Shown one piece after another: positions 47,684-59,410 of a stretch of 64,000 bases of DNA (its first letter is position 1; each line of letters opens with the position of its first letter). The stretch covers positions 8,588,328 through 8,652,327 of the forward strand of contig JAHRHZ010000004.1 of the NCBI GenBank assembly GCA_024137785.1, read 5' to 3'. The stretch comes from Ginglymostoma cirratum. Taxonomy: Eukaryota. Under the pieces are notes generated by a model. It had not been told where the DNA came from, searched no databases, and worked only from the letters and a program-made list of their open reading frames with translations. A program made the position numbers and the translations under genes.

Positions 47684-48333
47684 TAGATAACAAGCATGGG
47701 GCTGGATGAACACAGCAGGTCAAGCAGCATCATAGGAGCAGGAAAACTTGACGTTTCGGGCCTAAACCCTTCATCAGAAATGGGGGAGGGGAAGAGGGTT
47801 CTGAAATAAATAGAGAGAGAGGGGGAGGCGGATAGAGGATGGATAGAGGAGAGGATAGGTGGAGAGGAGGCAGACAAGTCGAAGAGGCGGGGATGGAGCC
47901 AGTAAAGGTGAGTGTAGGTAGGGGGGTAGGGAGGAGATAGGTCAGTCCAGGGAGGACGGACAGGTCAAGGGGGCAGGATGAGGTTAGTAGATAGGAGATG
48001 GGGGTGTGGCTTGAGGTGAGAGGAAAAACAGGTTAGGGAGGTGGAGATGAGCTGGGCTGGTTTTGGGATGCGGTTGGGGGAGGGGAGATTTTGAAGCTTG
48101 TGAAATCCACATTGATGCCATTGGGTTGCAGGGTTCCCAGGCTGAATATGATTTGCTGTTCCTGCAGCCTTCGGGTGGCATCACTGTGGCATTGCAGGAG
48201 GCCAAGGATGGACATGTCATCTGAGGAATGGGAGGGGGAGTTGAAATGGTTCGCGACTGGGAGGTGCAGTTGTTTGTTGCGAACTGAGCGCAGGTGTTCT
48301 GCAAAGCGGTCCCCAAGCCTCCGCTTGGTTTCC
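47684..48333 (-). mobile_element. Young PLE 3' part: GIY-YIG endonuclease C-terminal region and terminal repeat
   Basis: Open frame 'ETKRRLGDRFAEHLRSVRNKQLHLPVANHFNSPSHS...RRLQEQQIIFSLGTLQPNGINVDFTSF'. Confidence 0.92.
47746..47781 (-). ncRNA. Minimal hammerhead ribozyme motif, intact core
   Basis: Reverse complement CTGATGA-agggtttaggccc-GAAACGTC, identical to 15994-16021. Confidence 0.65.
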
Positions 48334-48344
48334 TGATGCCTTTT

Positions 48345-48665
48345 CATAGAATCCCATATTTATTAAATAGAATCCCTGCAGTGTGGAAACAGACCATTTG
48401 GTCCATCGAGTCCATACCGACTCTCCCAAGAGCATCCCACTCAGACCCACTCCACCACCCTATAACCCTGCATTCCCCAAGGCTAATCCACCCAGCCTAT
48501 ACATCTTTGGACTGTGGGAGGAAACTGGAGCACCCGGAGGAAACCCACGCAGACACTGGGAGAATGTGCAAACTCCACACAGACAGTCACCCGAGGCTGG
48601 AATCAAACTTGGGTCCCTGGTGCTGTGAGGCAGCAGTGCTAACTACTGAGCCACCGTGCCACCCC
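48345..48665 (-). mobile_element. HE1 V-SINE, full length
   Basis: Head, V-domain and duplicated 'gattctat' tail. Confidence 0.92.
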
Positions 48666-49178
48666 ATGTTGTAATTCTGCCAGCCTCTACCACTTCCTGT
48701 GGCAGCTTGTTCTACACACACACCACCCTCCTGTATGACTAAGCTACGCCTCAGGTCCCTTTTAAATCTTTCCCCTCTCGCCTTAAACCTATTCCCCCTG
48801 GTTTTGGACTCCCCTACCCTGGGAAAAAAAGACCTTGGCCATTCACTCTATCTATGCCCCTCACGATTTTATGAACCTCTATAGGATCACTCCTTAGTCT
48901 CCAACACTCCAGGGAAAGAAGCCCCAGCCTATTCAGCCTCTACCTATTGCTCCAATTATAGGTCACTTTGGTTCTGATCACACCAATGGTGCTTCACATT
49001 TGGTTTGTTTCTGCCCTGGGGACCTTTGATATTTGTACGCAAGAAATGGCCTCTGAAATGGAGAGTCAGTGTTTGGAACAGTGCTGGCACACTGATTAAC
49101 ATGCGCGGAACCTCTCAGCAGTGAATGTCTGATCCTACCACAGCAGCTGGTGAACATTTATTTTAGTGAAACATTTGA

Positions 49179-49516
49179 TCATAGAATCCTATAGCATGGA
49201 AACAGGCCTTTTGGCCCAGCAAGTCCACACCACCCATCCGAAAAGCATCCCCCCCCCAGACCCATTCCTCTACCCCTGCATTTCCCCATGTCTAACGCAC
49301 CTAACCTAAATCCAGACATCCCTGAACAGTATGGGCAGCCCACCTAGCCTGCACATCTTTGGACTGTGGGAGGAAACCGGAGCACCTGGAGGAAACCCAC
49401 ACAGACACGGGGAGAATGTGCAAACTCCACACAGACAGTCACCCAAGGGTGGAATTGAACCTGGGTCCCTGGCGCTATGAGGCAGCAGTGCTAATCACTG
49501 AGCCACCGTGCCACCC
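49179..49516 (-). mobile_element. HE1 V-SINE, full length
   Basis: Head 'gggtggcacggtggctcagtgattagcactgctgcctc' on minus strand. Confidence 0.92.
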
Positions 49517-49669
49517 ATAAAGTTATTAGTGAGGTCACTTGAGGAAAGTTGTGTTTAATTCTGGTCACTCTGCTACAGGAACGACATTGTTTAACTTGAG
49601 AGGGTGCAGAAAAGATTTGCAAGGATGTTGCCGAGTGAGAATGAGGGGGAGAGTGAACATAATAGAATA

Positions 49670-49825
49670 GACCATCCTTTATTGTCACGTATACTCAAAT
49701 ACAGAAGTGTAAGAGTACAGTGAAAAGTTTTACACTGTTGGCTGTTACAGCGTCACCTTAGATACAAGTACCTAGGTACAAATCTTAGGTAGAAAAAAGA
49801 GGAATAAATAGAAAGGTGTTATTTT
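49670..49825 (-). mobile_element. Rex1-type 3' tail fragment
   Basis: 'tttattgtcacgtat...tacagtgaaaagtttt'. Confidence 0.55.
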
Positions 49826-50371
49826 AGTGATAAATAGTAGAAGTTATAAATATGGCTGAAGACTGAAGATTGATCTGCATAAGGTAGACTAATGATTGAA
49901 CTTGGTGTCCTGTGTAGAGGGATTGATGCAGGTTATCCTCACCCATGTTCATCGATGTGGAAAATGGCCATTGTTGGTAAGATGCTGAAAGGTGGCTCTT
50001 TATCCTGTTCACTTCTCATCTGGAACTGGGTTTATTATCTTGGATTATACTGGCACTCCTTTCAGACAGAATGCTGGCTGGTTTTAAAAAAATCAAAGCA
50101 GATAGAACAGAATTCAATTTTAATTTAAACCGTTGTGCGGGGGAGACCGGAAGTTGAAAAACTACTTGCGGTCACATGTAGGAGGGCAAGATAAATTTAC
50201 CTGGATCTTGCTTCAAACCCACCAAATTCCTTACCCCTACCTTAGCCCTGAACTAATGTGCTGGCAGAGATGATCTGGTAAACCAGGTTTCTGAGGTATT
50301 CAGACTAGCCCTGATTAGTGTGGCGGAAATTTACTAGGATTTAGACCAGTATTGAATTAAAGTAAACAATA

Positions 50372-50990
50372 AAGACAAAAAGGATTTGCACTTATGAAAT
50401 GTTTTGAGCTGTAAAGTGTTTTATAACTAGTGAAGTACGCGGTGAAGTATTGTTACTGGTATTGTGCAGGAATTTTGGCAAACTATTTGCACTCGGCAAG
50501 CTTCTGTAAACAGCAGTATGATGATCTGATCATTTTTGTTTTGATTAAGCCTTTGCCACTCTTCTTCACAATAGTGCCATTGAATTTTGTACATCCACTT
50601 GAGCTGTGGAGATGGTGCAGTAATTTAACTGCCCATCTACAGGATGGCACTTCTAACAGTGCAGCACTCTTTCTCAGCACTGTCTTTTTTCCTAATAGAA
50701 TCCCTACAGTGTGGAAACAGGCCCTTCGGCCCAATATGTCCACACCGAACCTCAGAGCAACCCATGCAGACTCATCCCCCTATAACCCACCTAATCTAGG
50801 GCAATTTAGCGCGGCCAATTCGCCTAACCTGCACATCTTTGGCCTGTGGGAGGAAACCAGAGCACCCGGAGGAAACTCACACAGACACAGGGAGAATCCT
50901 GTCGTATCAGCCATGATTTTTGTACTCCAGGTCTAGTTTACTTATTTGAATCTGGAATCTTATGACTTGAATGTGCCACGGTTGACAACA
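50372..50990 (-). mobile_element. SacSINE1/DeuSINE-like element interrupted by HE1
   Basis: 'atagtgccattgaattttgtacatccacttgag...atggcacttctaacagtgcagcactc' is Deu-domain-like. Confidence 0.65.
50695..50897 (-). mobile_element. HE1 SINE, 5'-truncated
   Basis: 'atagaatccctacagtgtggaaacaggcccttcggccc...gggagaat'. Confidence 0.88.
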
Positions 50991-51867
50991 CTGGAATATG
51001 CATGGACCAAATTTTGGACAGCCATGATTTCTTGGCCTCAATTTGCCTTTTCAGATAATAACCAAAGTGCGGTTAATTCCATTTTTTAAAGTGATTTCTG
51101 TAATCTTGCTGGATTTGACAAGTAACAACAGCAGAATAAGTATGCAGAAACAATTGGTTGTGTGTCTGTATGACAGGTTCAATTCACCTGGCTGTTTAAG
51201 CAGATTTAATGACCCGTTGCTGTCTCCTTGAGGGATGCTTTGGATGTTTGAGATTCACGGCAAAAGACAGAGAGGCTGTGTCAGAGAGGCTGCTTGGATA
51301 GAGGATCAAAAAAACACAACACAGCACCATAACCTGGCTCACCAAACATGTGATGGGAAACAAGAGGAGTTCAAACTAGCGACGATTCTGCCAATGATTC
51401 ATCTTCTGATGAAGGAATCCTGCAAAACTAAATTACTGAAGGAGGGAACTCAACAATACAGTGGAATAATTAAATCAAGCTGTTGATGCAGCCATTTGTG
51501 AAATAGCTGTTATTCCACGAGTGCCATTTCTAATATTCCTTTTCAATTACTTATCTAATTTCCTTTCCAAATGATATTGTTTTCCTGTATATGGTAAAGC
51601 ATTTTGTGTTCTAACAATCCTCTGTGATGTCTGTCTTCTGACTTTCCACTTTTCTGTTCTTCTCATAATTCCTGGTCATGGATTAGCAAGCCAGGTGAAA
51701 TAACCTTCATGCACCCTTTGTAAACCTCTACTAAATTTTCTCTTAAAACTGTCTTCCTGGTGGAATGGAACGTGGAACGACTATTTTGTATATCCTCCTG
51801 AACCGTAATCAAGTTACTGCCACTCAAAGAGACCTCGGAGTGTAGCTTCATAATTCATTTGAGGGTA

Positions 51868-52532
51868 GAGTTGCAGGTAGTCAGGATAGTGAAGAAGGCG
51901 TTTGGTACGCTTGCCTTTATTGGTCATTGCATTGAGTATAGGTGTTGGGAGGTCATGTTGTGGCTGTACAGGACATTGGTTTGGCCACTATTGGAGTACT
52001 GCGTGTAATTCTGTTCTTTCTGCTATTGGAAGGATGTGTAAAAATTGGAAGAGTTCAGAAAAGATTTACAATGATGTTGCCAGGGTTGGAGAGTTGAGTT
52101 ATAGGAAGAGGGTAAATAGGCTATGTCTATTTTTCCTGGAGCATCAGAGGCTGAGGGTTGAACTTACAGACGTTTATAAACTCAGGAGGGGCATGGATAG
52201 GGCGAGTAGCCAAGGTCTTTTCCCCAGGGTGGGGGAGTCCAAAACTAGAGGCAATGGGTTTTAAGTGAGAAGGGAACGATTTAAAAGGGACCTAAGGGGC
52301 AATTTTTTCACACAGAGGGTGGTGCATGTATAGAGTGAGCTGCCAGAGGAGGTGGCGGAGGCTGGTCCAATTACAACATTTAAAAGGCATCTGGATGCAT
52401 ATATGAATAGGACGGATTTAGAGGGCCAAATACTGGCAAATGGGACTAGATTAATTTGGGATATCTGGTTGGCATGGATGAGTTGAACCGAAAGGTCTGT
52501 TCCAATGCTGTACAGGTCTATGAGCCTATGAC
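51868..52532 (+). mobile_element. CR1/HER1-like LINE 3' part
   Basis: 'LEHQRLRVELTDVYKLRRGMDRASSQGLFPRVGESKTRG'; tail 'ctatgagcctatgac'. Confidence 0.9.
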
Positions 52533-52769
52533 TTTACTCAGCTATACTTCTATAGCATTCTGCCCGGGGATAATACTGTTTTCTGTGTGCAATGTTTTTG
52601 GATATGTTTGTGTAGATTGAGAGGAAATGAGGACTGACTGCAGGAATGTTTTCTGTTCACTCTTAATGAGAAAAAAAATTATTTAGTTTCAATAAAATTT
52701 CAAACTGTACCAGTTCATTTATAACACTTCCAGTGAACTGATACAACAGATGTTCTGTCTCATTCACAT

Positions 52770-52982
52770 TTTCACTCTCTGACACTCTCTCCCACCTGCT
52801 CGCATGCGCTCTCAGTTGCGCTGTCACGTTGTATCTCTCCCTCTCTCACTCACACTCTCATGTTCTCTCTCATCACACTCTTTTGCTGTTTGATGTTCTT
52901 GCTCTCCTCCCTCTCCTTCCCCCTTCTCCCTCGCTTTCTCTCGTGCACACTCTCACCCTCTCCATTCTCTCTCTTACATTCC
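52770..52982. repeat. CT/CA-rich low-complexity tract
   Basis: Degenerate (CT)n. Confidence 0.75.
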
Positions 52983-53844
52983 CTTAACAATAGGAAGAGA
53001 TATTTTGACGATTTTGGGTTGGCAATAGTTCTGGAATAACGTTGTTTTGTGTTCGGAGGCCAATGGGAAGGTAGATTGGAGGGTGATCAGTTCTGTTCCA
53101 ATAACATGTTCTTGCTGCCGATCCGAATGCTGATATCCCACATAAGCTGAAACATATTGTAATGGATGTTTGTTGGCAATGATTACATAGTAGCCATGTT
53201 ACAGATTTCAATGCCACATCTGGAAAGTGGGACTGTCCTTGCCCTCATTGAATTTCTAACTTTCTAAAATAGAATGGTTTTACATATTGCAATTGGTGAA
53301 ATGCTGCAGCCACACCCATAACTCATCTTCAAATCCTGAACATCAAGTGCCTCCTGTGATTAATGAAAATGTGCACCCTCTGGCTGTCTCACCACACCCA
53401 GTTTCTCTGAAGTCGGTTTGGATGTGTGGTGGCCCAGTTAGGAAGAAGAAATGAACCTTGTTATATCCAGGGTACAGTTTCCAGTCTATTTCCTTCTCCC
53501 TTCTGCTCTCCTCACAGGAATGGCCATGAGCACCCCAAAATTTGTGTGTATCTGCACAAATTTAACAGTAAGCAATTAGAATGTGGAATACTTCAATTAT
53601 CTAAACGTTATCGATTTCTCCAGGCTTTCTGTGTAAATTATATCAGTACCTAGATTTTTTTTTCACAAAAGACCGTAGCACCTCTCGCAAACTCAAGACA
53701 TTCCAGAACACTTCACAGCAAAAGAACTTCTTTTTGAAATGCGTTCATTGTTGTGGTGTAGGTCACTGATAGCAAGCTCCCAGAAACAGTAATGAGCTAA
53801 CGTCCAGCTAATTTGGTTTTGTGTTGCAAATAATAAAACAAACA

Positions 53845-54105
53845 CTGCTCGGTTGGCTGGAACGGGCTGGTTTGTGATGCAGAGTGTCACCAACAGTGTG
53901 GGTTCGATTCATGCATGGGCTGAGATTACCATGTGGGTTCACAACCTCTTTCCCCTTGTCGTTGGCGTAGTGTTCCTCCGGCTCAACTCTCCCATTCTCT
54001 CTGTCACTTCCTCCCTCTGTCTCTCACTCTCTTACACTCGCGCTCTCTCTCTCTCTCACATGAGGGAGCAGTCCTATGGACCCCTGGGCATACAGTGACT
54101 TTACT
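53845..54105 (+). mobile_element. SINE family C with internal (CT)n expansion, next to a DeuSINE tail (53670-53825, minus)
   Basis: 'gctcggttggctggaacgggctggtttgtgatgcagagtg...gggttcgattc...gtgactttac'. Confidence 0.7.
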
Positions 54106-55106
54106 TAAGCACTGAGGGGGACACTGGAGAGTGAAAATTTTTTGTCTTATCTGAAAGATGGCAAAATCTGCAGCGTCATTTCGGAGTGTATTGTACAAGA
54201 CATGTCAACTTTGGTAACTGGGCCAGAACTTGAAATGCTGCAATTGATCACGGCTGACAATGCAGAGGGAAGCGTTGTACTCTGTGCTACAGAACAGTGC
54301 TCTGTTATGTGCATGTATTTTGTTAAATATCTTAAAGTCTTTTGCTGACAAGTTTTTGAAGAGGGGAGGTTCTGGATCCACAGGAAAATTAGTTTAAACC
54401 ATTTTAAGAGTGTATCCAACCATACCGTAAATTTAGAATGTAAATCTGGGCCAGATTTACATCAAATTTAAAGCTTTGTGGTTAAAAGTCTTTTGTTCTG
54501 TGTAAAACAAATGAATTCCACTTGCTAACTGTCTGAGATGTATTTCTGACTGTGGTTCTGAATAACAGTGAGTTTGAATTAGCTGATTTTTCTGAAGGGG
54601 GATTAACCTTGGGCTAACCCATGTCTCTGGGCTGGGACAAAGGAAAAATTAGCTGCAATAATTGTTCCATGGTCCCTTTCTGGAACGTTTGCAGGTCTGG
54701 TTCGTGCAGGTTATGGGGTGTAGTGAACAGGATTCCAAGTCAACAGTTGGCAATGATATACGCTCATGTGTAAAGGTTGTGGCTTGAATGAACTATCAGC
54801 AAGCTCTCAATGCATGTTCCCATTGCCCAAAAATGTGTTCTCCATTTCTTTTGGAAATGGGAACAAAAAGTAACACACTAATCTACCAAACGTGTTTTTG
54901 CTAACTTACTGTGAGTGCCACAGTAGAAAAAGTTCACGTTGTGGTAGACATTGTATTTTGCTGCATTGCGAATTTTCCCACTACCGGTTAATTGGGAGTT
55001 TTAGAGTAGGCCCTTTCGAAAACTGATTGGAAGGGCATTTTAACAGCAGCTACAAGCATTTAAAGGATGACAGTTGCCAAGCTCAAAACCTTTTGACTGT
55101 TAGACT

Positions 55107-55120
55107 GTTGCTATAGTAAC
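55107..55120. promoter_or_regulatory. Candidate RFX X-box
   Basis: GTTGCTATAGTAAC, near-palindromic match to GTTGCCATGGCAAC, in a TE-poor stretch. Confidence 0.3.
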
Positions 55121-56427
55121 AAACGTAGACTGGGTTTGTAATGATGTTCAGAACCACTTCCCCATTCTGCACTTGGAACTGGAGACTGGTCATCTTGCAA
55201 TTGATAGGTTAAGCACAAAATGAATTCTCCTGCCATCAAGCTGCTAAATGCAGATCAATTTGGTCATTTAATTTCATACATAAATCTTATTACTTTTTCT
55301 ACGAGTCATAAGCCACTCCACTCAGTGCACTGTATTGAATTGCAATATTGGAAACCCTCATTTGTAATTAACTTAAAACCTCTTTAAAGAATCTAATGAC
55401 AGTGTCAAGTATTTATAGCATGGATGCTTCATACCAAATAACTTCAAAAATAATTCTTTTATCTGAAATGCAGTGAAATCAGTAACAGAGGCGCTGAGGT
55501 TTGTCTTCATGTGCTCCAAACCCCAAGTGAATTCTTAAATCTGTCTGTATTTCTCAAAATCCATTTTTAGTGACTTAAAAAAAAACTTTGAGTGAGTCAA
55601 GAAGGGTTTTGTAACTGGATGAATTGGCTATTCATTTTTAAATAAAGACCCTCATTTTAACATTCTTCCAGACTTATCACAATCAACTTCAAAGCAATTT
55701 TTGAGGAGTTGTGCGGGGGAGCTGGTGGTGTAGGGAAATACAGTTATAGCATTCCCATCAATGAAGTTTTAGTCCTTTTTATTCCCTTTTTTGTTCTGTT
55801 GCGATCTGACTCTGAATGGTATCACACACTGCACAATTGTACCCATGGGTTTGGCTAAGAATTGACCGTCTTTTATGCTGAAACCACAGTCAGTATTCAT
55901 TGGGCTTGCAACAAGATAATGGTTCATGAGGAGCTAATGCAGATTCCCAATGGGTTAGTGGGTAAATGAAATGCCAGCCACACAGATCATGATTTAAATC
56001 TGGGTTTGTGTTCAATTGCAGAGTCTGACATAACATCGATTGTGGAGAACATGTATCAGGGACCGAGTACTAAACACTTGACAAAACATTAGGTGACCAG
56101 GGAGAGAATGGAATTGGGATATGTGGCTCCTAGCTAATCGAATTGACTAAGAGGTCGCCGGCATTAATAGATAAGACAGTGTTAGCATTTGTTGCTCATA
56201 TTGTCCCGCAGAAGGCATTGGTAATGTTCCACACAATATTGAAGGCAAGCATAAGTGCATAGAATTTGGAGATAATATTGTTGCATGGTTGTTAATCAGC
56301 TGACAGTCAGTGGACAGAGAATAAAGATAATATTCTTGTTTCTGAGCAACAGGATGTGACCAATGGTTTACCCGTTGGGAGGGACTCTTGTGATGCAGAG
56401 GTAGTGTCCTGACCTCCGAGCCAGAAG

Positions 56428-56545
56428 GATAAAACAAAGAACTGTTGGAGGTCTGAAATAAAGTGCTGGAAAAACTCAGCAGCTCTGGCAGCATCTGTGG
56501 AGGGAGAAAAACAGAGCCAATGTTTTGAATCCAGTGACTCTTCAT
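56428..56545 (-). mobile_element. PLE terminal fragment inserted in a tRNA-like SINE head (56385-56630)
   Basis: 'gctggaaaaactcagcagctctggcagcatctgtggag'; host resumes 'gagttcaagtcccacctgctccag'. Confidence 0.7.
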
Positions 56546-56679
56546 TGGGTGAGTTCAAGTCCCACCTGCTCCAGATATGTCATTACATGGTGACTAAAAA
56601 TCAGTCATCAAGCCGAACAGGTTGATTTAAAATATTTACCCATTTTAGATTGCTACAGGTTTCAGCTTTTTATTGTATA

Positions 56680-57990
56680 CGTTGGAACAAACCAGCACTA
56701 CATTAGTTTGCATAGTAACTTGTGTAATTGGGAGAATTGAGTCAATTAGTGACAGGCTAAATAATTTGATAGTTTTACCAATGTCAAAGAAAAGTTTTAC
56801 AAAAGTCTTTCTCCTTGTATCTGTGAAAGACAAGTTGGAATTCTTTCTTAATTCCGGAGTCCCACATGGCAGATTGATACAAAAACTAAAATCACATGGG
56901 ATTCAGGGCAGGTTGACTAGATGGATACAAAACTGGCTTGGTCATACAAGACAGAAGGTAGTGGTGGAAGAGCATTTTTCAGAATGGAAACCGGTAACTA
57001 CTGGTGTTCCACAGGGATCGGTCTTAGACCCTCTGTTATTTGTAGTGTATATATGAATGATCTGGACGAAAATGTGAGTGGCCTGATTAGTAAGTTTGCA
57101 GATGACATGAAGATTGGAGTTGCTGATAGTTTCAACAATTGTGAAAGCATGCAACAGGCAATAAATTCGCAACTTGGGCACAGAAATGGCAGATGGTGTT
57201 TAATCCAGACAAATGCGAGGTGATGCATTTTGGAGAATCAAATTTAGGTGAGAATTAAACTGTTAATGGCAGAACCCTTAGGAACATTAACATACAGCTG
57301 GAACTGGGCAGGTCCACAGTTCCCTAAAAGTGGCAACACGGGTGGCCAAGGTGATTAAGAAGGCATATGGCATGCTTGCCTTCACTGGCCGGGGCATGGA
57401 GTACAAGAGTTGACAATTCATGTTGCAGCTATATAAAACCCTTGTTGGGCCTCACTGGAGTGTTGTGTGCAGTTTTGGTCACCACATTACCAAAAGGACG
57501 TGGAAGCTTTGGAGAGAGTGCAGAGAACGTTCATCAGGATGTTGCCCAGTCTCAAGGGCATTGGCAATAAGGAAAGGTTAAAAAGTCTAGGATTGTTTTC
57601 ACTCAAAAGACTGCGGCTGAGAGGAGACCTGGTAGCAGTCTACAAAATTAAGAGGCGTAGATAGGGTGAATAGTTAGAGGCTTTTGCCCAGGGTTGAAGT
57701 TTCAGTTACAAAGGGGGCACAGATTCAAGGTGAGAGGGGGAAGTTTAAGGGAAATATGCAAGGCAAGTTTTTCACGCAGAGAGTGGTAGGAGCTTGGAAC
57801 GCACTGCCAGATGAGGTGGTGGAAGCAGGACGTTGGTGACATTTTAAGAGGCGTCTGGATGATTACATGAATAGGGAGGGAATAGAGGGATACGGACTGA
57901 ATAAGGACAGAGGTTTGTTTTTCTAGTTTAGTCAGGGCATGATGTTCGGCACAGGCTTGGAAGGCCAAAGGGCCTGTTCCTGTGCTGTGC
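56680..57990 (+). mobile_element. CR1-clade LINE RT core to 3' end (frameshifted)
   Basis: 'VPHGRLIQKLKSHGIQG..WIQNWL...TGVPQGSVLDPLLFVVY', 'NDLDENVSGLISKFADDMKIG', 'QFWSPHYQKDVEALERVQR'. Confidence 0.95.
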
Positions 57991-58039
57991 TTCTCTTGTT
58001 TTTAGTTTTAGGCTATAAACATATATAAATATGCACAAT

Positions 58040-58635
58040 ATAGAAGATATTGGCCTAGATTACAAAAGTGTGGAAGATGCTTTAGTTGTACAGTGCCTTC
58101 GTCCTACCCCAGTTTTCATCGTGCATTTGTATCTGAGCACCAAATCTTAGCAAAGGTATATTTGCCTTGGAGAGAATACAGTGTAGATTGCCAAGAGTTA
58201 TACTAGGGTTTTAAGGGTTGTAATTAGTGACAGGCTGCATAAATTTGGTTTGTACTCCCTTGTGTTTAGAAAGTTGATGAGTGATCTAATTGAAGTGCTC
58301 AATAAAATAAAGTGTATGAAAGGGTAGAAGCAGAAGTCGTTTCCTCTTTGGAGGCCTCCGGACTAGAAAGGAAATAAACTTTAAATTTAGAGTGAGATCA
58401 TTTCAGAGTAAAATCCGAAAGGATTTTGTGACCAGAAGGCTAGCATAAGTGTTCAATAAGCGTTTGTACGCTAGATTAAACTGACTTCTGCAAGTGAGAA
58501 TGGTTGATGAATTTTTGTTTGATACGCATTTTGGGATTTATAGCAAAGGCAGGTCAATGATGTACAGGTTGCGGATCAGTTGAGACTTCTTTATGTAATG
58601 GAACAGTCATGAGGGGGCTACTCCTGGTCTGATGT
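58040..58635 (+). mobile_element. Older CR1 3' fragment
   Basis: 'ggcctagattacaaaag...tttgccttggagagaatacag...gatctaattgaagtg...gctactcctg'. Confidence 0.65.
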
Positions 58636-58734
58636 CATCAGTGTCTATGATTTGGTGATAACTGAGCAGAAGACCATTAACCTGTGGTATATATGCTTTT
58701 ATTTTGAACCATTCTGTGGGACATTATGAAGCAT

Positions 58735-58910
58735 AAAAACATGGAAACTTAGGAAATAGAAGCAGGAGTAGGTGATTTAGCCAATTGAGCATTACTTGAT
58801 CATGTGTGACCCAAACCATTTCCCTGCATTATCTCCATATCCTTTTAATGTCTGTTGGTGTCTAACGATCTACCGATCTCTGTCTTGAACATAGCCAGTG
58901 TCTGAGCCAG
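58735..58910 (-). mobile_element. CR1 3' tail
   Basis: 'aaatagaagcaggagtagg...tctctgtcttgaacata'. Confidence 0.65.
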
Positions 58911-59314
58911 TGCCTTGGAAAGGTCACTTGGAGATATGACCATATCCAATCAGTATCATGCACTGGCCCATTTATTGTAAACTAGATTGCCATCAGGAGA
59001 AGGAAGGAAAGATGACAAGTTGAGTCTGAATTATGTGTGATTCTCCACACCAAACCTCACTGTTACCATAATCAATGGTAGAATAACTGTAGGCTTAATT
59101 TATTTTGAACTGTAAATTAAGACCCATTCATCTTGGGTGTGCCCCTTCTGTACTCTGATGATCCGTCAAGTGGTTAACATAGAAATGCCAAATATCCATT
59201 GGTATCAGTTGGATCCTGGGAGGTGATGCTGCAAAGTGGCTGGTTAGAGGGAATTTCAGAAAGTACGTTCATATAATGTCCCTAAATAATATCAAACACC
59301 ACAGTTGTGAAACA

Positions 59315-59410
59315 AAGATAGAGGTTGCTGGAAAAACTCAGCAGGTCTGGCAGCATTTGTGGAGAGAAACCAGAGTTAACGTTTTGGGTCGAGGTGAGCC
59401 CTCCTCAGAA
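59315..59410 (-). mobile_element. PLE terminal-repeat insertion
   Basis: TSD ccacagttgtgaaaca 59299-59314 / ccatatttgtgaaaca 59411-59426. Confidence 0.75.

Larger units (their letters stand above)
47545..48952 (-). mobile_element. CR1/HER1-like 3' fragment split by PLE and HE1 insertions
   Basis: 47545-47683, then 'gatgcctttt' at ~48335, then 48666-48952 reconstitute the family seen at 5852-6300. Confidence 0.85.
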
